From an uncultured Actinomycetes bacterium (GTDB lineage: Bacteria > Actinomycetota > Thermoleophilia > UBA2241), in NCBI GenBank assembly GCA_963725665.1, contig CAVRZA010000011.1:480001-544000 (forward strand): a stretch of 64,000 nucleotides of DNA, given 5' to 3'. The translations under genes and the position numbers were made by a program. Position 1 is the stretch's first letter; each line of letters opens with the position of its first letter. This document shows, in pieces, positions 61,068 through 64,000 of the stretch. The notes under the pieces are model-generated. The model ran no database searches. It had not been told where the DNA came from and saw nothing but the letters and a program-made list of their open reading frames with translations.

Positions 61068-62195
61068 GTGACCGAGAAGATCAGGCTCACGCAGTACGCC
61101 GCCAAGAGCGGTTGAGCGTCGAAGGTGGGTCCGTGCGACCTGGACGCGATACTGCACGCGCTGCCGCACGTCTCGGGTGAGATGTCGCGGCTGCTCGAGA
61201 CCAAGGACGACGCCGCCGTCGTCCCGCTGACGGACGACCTCTGCCTGGTGCAGACGGTCGACTTCTTCACGCCCATCGTCGACGACGGCTACTGGTTCGG
61301 CCAGATCGCGGCCGCCAACGCCCTCTCCGATATCTACGCGATGGGCGCCGAACCGCGCACCGCCCTGAACCTCGTGGCCTATCCCATGGAGCTCGACCAC
61401 GAGCCGTTGCGCGAGATCCTGCGCGGCGGGGCAGACAAGGTGGCCGAGGCGGGCGCCGAGCTCGCCGGAGGCCACTCCATCGACGACAAAGAGCCCAAGT
61501 ACGGCCTCGCCGTGACGGGCCTAGCGCGCGCCGACGAGATCGTCTACAACCGCGGCGCCTGGCCGGGAGACAAGCTCGTGCTCACCAAACGCCTCGGGAT
61601 CGGCGTGCTGGCGAGCGCGCTCAAGCAGGGGCTGATCGAGGAGCGCGACATGATGCCGGCGATCCGCGAGGCGGCGGCGTTGAACGCCGCCGCCTCGCGC
61701 GCCATGCGCCGGGTCGGGGTGCACGCGGCCACCGACGTGAGCGGCTTCGGCCTGCTCGGCCACCTCGCTGAGCTTCTCGATGCGAGCGGGGTGGGCGCGG
61801 TCGTGGACCTCGACGAGGTGCCGGTCCACGACCGCGTGCACGACTTCATCGCGCAGGGTGTCTACGCCGGCGGCCTGCGCGCCAACCGCGACTACTTCGG
61901 CGAGCGCGTCACCGTGTCGAGCATGCGCGCCGGGGTCGAGAGTGGCGTCGAGTCCGACGTCGAGCCGGGCGCGCGGCAGCCGAGCGAAGAGCGCGAACAA
62001 GGGGTGGGGGAGCGTCCCGACCTCGACGATCCGCGCATCCTCGCCCTCTTCGACCCCCAGACGTCGGGCGGCCTGCTCATCGCCGTCTCCCCCGAGCGTC
62101 TCCTCGCGCTGTTCGAGGCGCTGACGGCGGGTGACGTCGAGGCCTGGACCATCGGCGAGGTGAGCGCCGAGGCGGGCCGCATCGTCGTCCGCTGA
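61068..62195 (+). CDS. selD: Selenide, water dikinase (selenoprotein, Sec16)
   Basis: GTG 61068 after GGAGG: MTEKIRLTQYAAKSG-TGA(61113)-ASKVG; DDAA, TVDFF, NALSDIYAMG, GGHS, ATDVSGFGL, DPQTSGGLL. Confidence 0.95.
61116..61147 (+). promoter_or_regulatory. Candidate bacterial SECIS element
   Basis: GCGTC...GGTC-cgtgc-GACC...GACGC stem-loop immediately 3' of the in-frame TGA. Confidence 0.6.
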
Positions 62196-62219
62196 GAGGC
62201 GTCCGGGCCGCCGCGATCG

Positions 62220-62273
62220 TTGTCAACCTTATCCGACTTAATCAGCCCTTGATGAGTCGGATAAGGTTGACAA
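62220..62273. repeat. AT-rich 19-bp perfect inverted repeat between selD and selA
   Basis: TTGTCAACCTTATCCGACT-16 nt-AGTCGGATAAGGTTGACAA. Confidence 0.9.
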
Positions 62274-62341
62274 GAGCGGCGCACCTTGAGTGTTCCCTCC
62301 GCGCGTCCGCCGCCGTCGCGCGTGCGGTACAGTAGCGGGCG

Positions 62342-63879
62342 ATGAGTCCCGACGACGTGACAGACGAGCAGGATCGGGGAGGCGAAACGGCCCCTAGGCC
62401 GCGGGGGGCCACGGGGCCGCGAGCGGACGCAGCGGCCTCGCTGCGCGAGCTCGCGGCCGTCGACGAGGTGCTGCGCCTGCCGGCCGTCGCACGCCTCGCC
62501 GACACCTACCCGCGCGCCCTCGTCGCCGACGCCGTACGGGCCGTGATCGCCCGGCTGCGGCGTGAGATCCTCGATGGTGGGCGCGAGGTCGCCTCCGGCG
62601 ACCTCGCGCCCGAGCAGCTCGTCCCCTGGGTCGAGGCCATGCTCGAGCTGGCCGTGACGCCCTCGCTCAGGCGCGTCATCAACGCCACCGGCGTCGTGGC
62701 GCATACCAACCTTGGGCGTTCCGTCCTGCCCGACGACGCGCTCGCCGCGCTCCAGGTCGTCGGCGCTGGCTACAGCGATCTCGAGTTCGACCTGGCCGCC
62801 GGCGAGCGTGCCTCGCGCCAAGACCACGTGAGCGACGTGCTCCGCCAGCTCACCGGCGCCGAAGCAGGGCTGGTGGTGAACAACAACGCCGCCGCCGTGC
62901 TGCTCGCGCTGGCGGCGACGGCGCGCGGCGGCGACGTCCTCGTCGCCCGCGGGCAACTCGTCGAGATCGGCGACAGCTTCCGCATCCCCGAGATCCTCGC
63001 CGAGAGTGGCGCGCGGCTCGTCGAAGTGGGCACGACGAACAGGACGTACCTGTCGGACTTCGAAGCCGCCTGGAGCGAGCGGGCGCGCGCCATCCTGCGC
63101 GTGCACACGAGCAACTACCGCATCGTCGGCTTCACGGCCGAGCCCTTGCTCGAGGAGCTCGCCAAGCTTGCGCATCACCACGGCGGCGTGCTCGTCGATG
63201 ACCTGGGAAGCGGCGCCTTGGCGCCGCTGGAGCTGTTCGCGGAGGAACCCTCCATCGTTGACAGCCTCGCCGCCGGCGCCGACGCGGTCACCTTCAGCGG
63301 CGACAAGCTGCTCGGTGGCCCCCAGGCCGGCATCGCCGTGGGGAGCGCCGCGACGATCGGCGCCATGCGGCGCCACCCGCTGGCCCGCGCCGTGCGCATC
63401 GACAAGCTCAGCTTGGCGGCTCTCGACGCCGTCCTGCGCCTCTACCTCGACCCGCAGAAGGCGATCGCGCGCGTACCGACGCTGGCCCTGCTGGCGGCGC
63501 CGCTCGAGGAGGTGCGCCGGCGCGCCGAGCGGCTGCGGGACGAGCTCGCCGCCGCCGGTCTCGAGACCGGGGCGGCGGCGCTCGAGCTCGTCGACTCCGT
63601 GGCGCGCGCCGGCGCCGGTGCGCTGCCCGTCACCGACGTGGCCAGTGCGGCTCTGGCGATGACGCCGGCCGACGGCGACGTCGAGGGGCTCGCGCGTCGT
63701 CTGCGTCTGGGCACGCCGGCTGTCGTCGCCCGCGTGCACGAGGACCGCCTGCTGCTTGACCTGCGCACCGTGAGCGACGATGAGCTGGCGCCGCTCGCGG
63801 TGGCCGTTCGCGCTGCGGCGGCGGTTCGGGCCGGGTCGGCTGTGGCGGACGGTGGGCCGGCCGCCGGGCACGTCGGGCA

Positions 63880-63890
<11 letters not shown>
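62342..63890 (+). CDS. selA: L-seryl-tRNA(Sec) selenium transferase (probable +1 error in the tail)
   Basis: Absent from ORF track because no in-frame stop occurs before the window end. VINATGVVAHTNLGR, NNNAAA, RGQLVEIG.SFRIP, EVGTTN, HTSNY, DLGSG, FSGDKLLGGPQAG. Confidence 0.93.

Positions 63891-64000
<110 letters not shown>

Noticed and set aside
61920-62025. Insertion in SelD (similar ones in LipA and the histidine phosphatase) as an intein or mobile element
   Set aside because: Short, in-frame, low-complexity loops with no intein motifs or terminal repeats

Overview
A very GC-rich 64 kb chromosomal segment with actinobacterial features (leaderless genes, many lipoproteins; Thermoleophilia-like by inference). 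In order: (1) a Wzx-type flippase and a divergent Dlt/Alg-like envelope acylation operon (Fe-S flavoprotein, carrier protein, DltX-like peptide, adenylating enzyme, MBOAT, DltD/SGNH-like protein), converging on a comA (phosphosulfolactate synthase) / QueG-like Fe-S protein / histidine phosphatase operon; (2) a ~16 kb guanidine/polyamine catabolic cluster with five agmatine-deiminase paralogs, a Dpp-type ABC importer, an isochorismatase-family and an MBL hydrolase, TetR, a putrescine-transcarbamylase-like enzyme with altered active-site motifs, and N-carbamoylputrescine amidase; (3) a minus-strand glycan/fumarase/LysR run; (4) dedA, archease, TetR, B12 radical SAM, rtcB; (5) tRNA-Ile(GAT), two Tat-type PotD binding proteins, and a glycine-riboswitch-led gcvH-PA-PB-lipoylation operon; (6) an ECF sigma/anti-sigma module with tandemly duplicated SnoaL lipoproteins; (7) a selenocysteine-containing selD, selA and the start of selB. 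No CRISPR array, transposase or prophage gene was seen. About a dozen +1 frameshifts look like sequencing errors. The best candidates for an undescribed system are the non-amino-acid Dlt-like acylation pathway (possibly fed by sulfolactate) and the multi-deiminase cluster. All calls come from reading motifs by eye; no database search was run.
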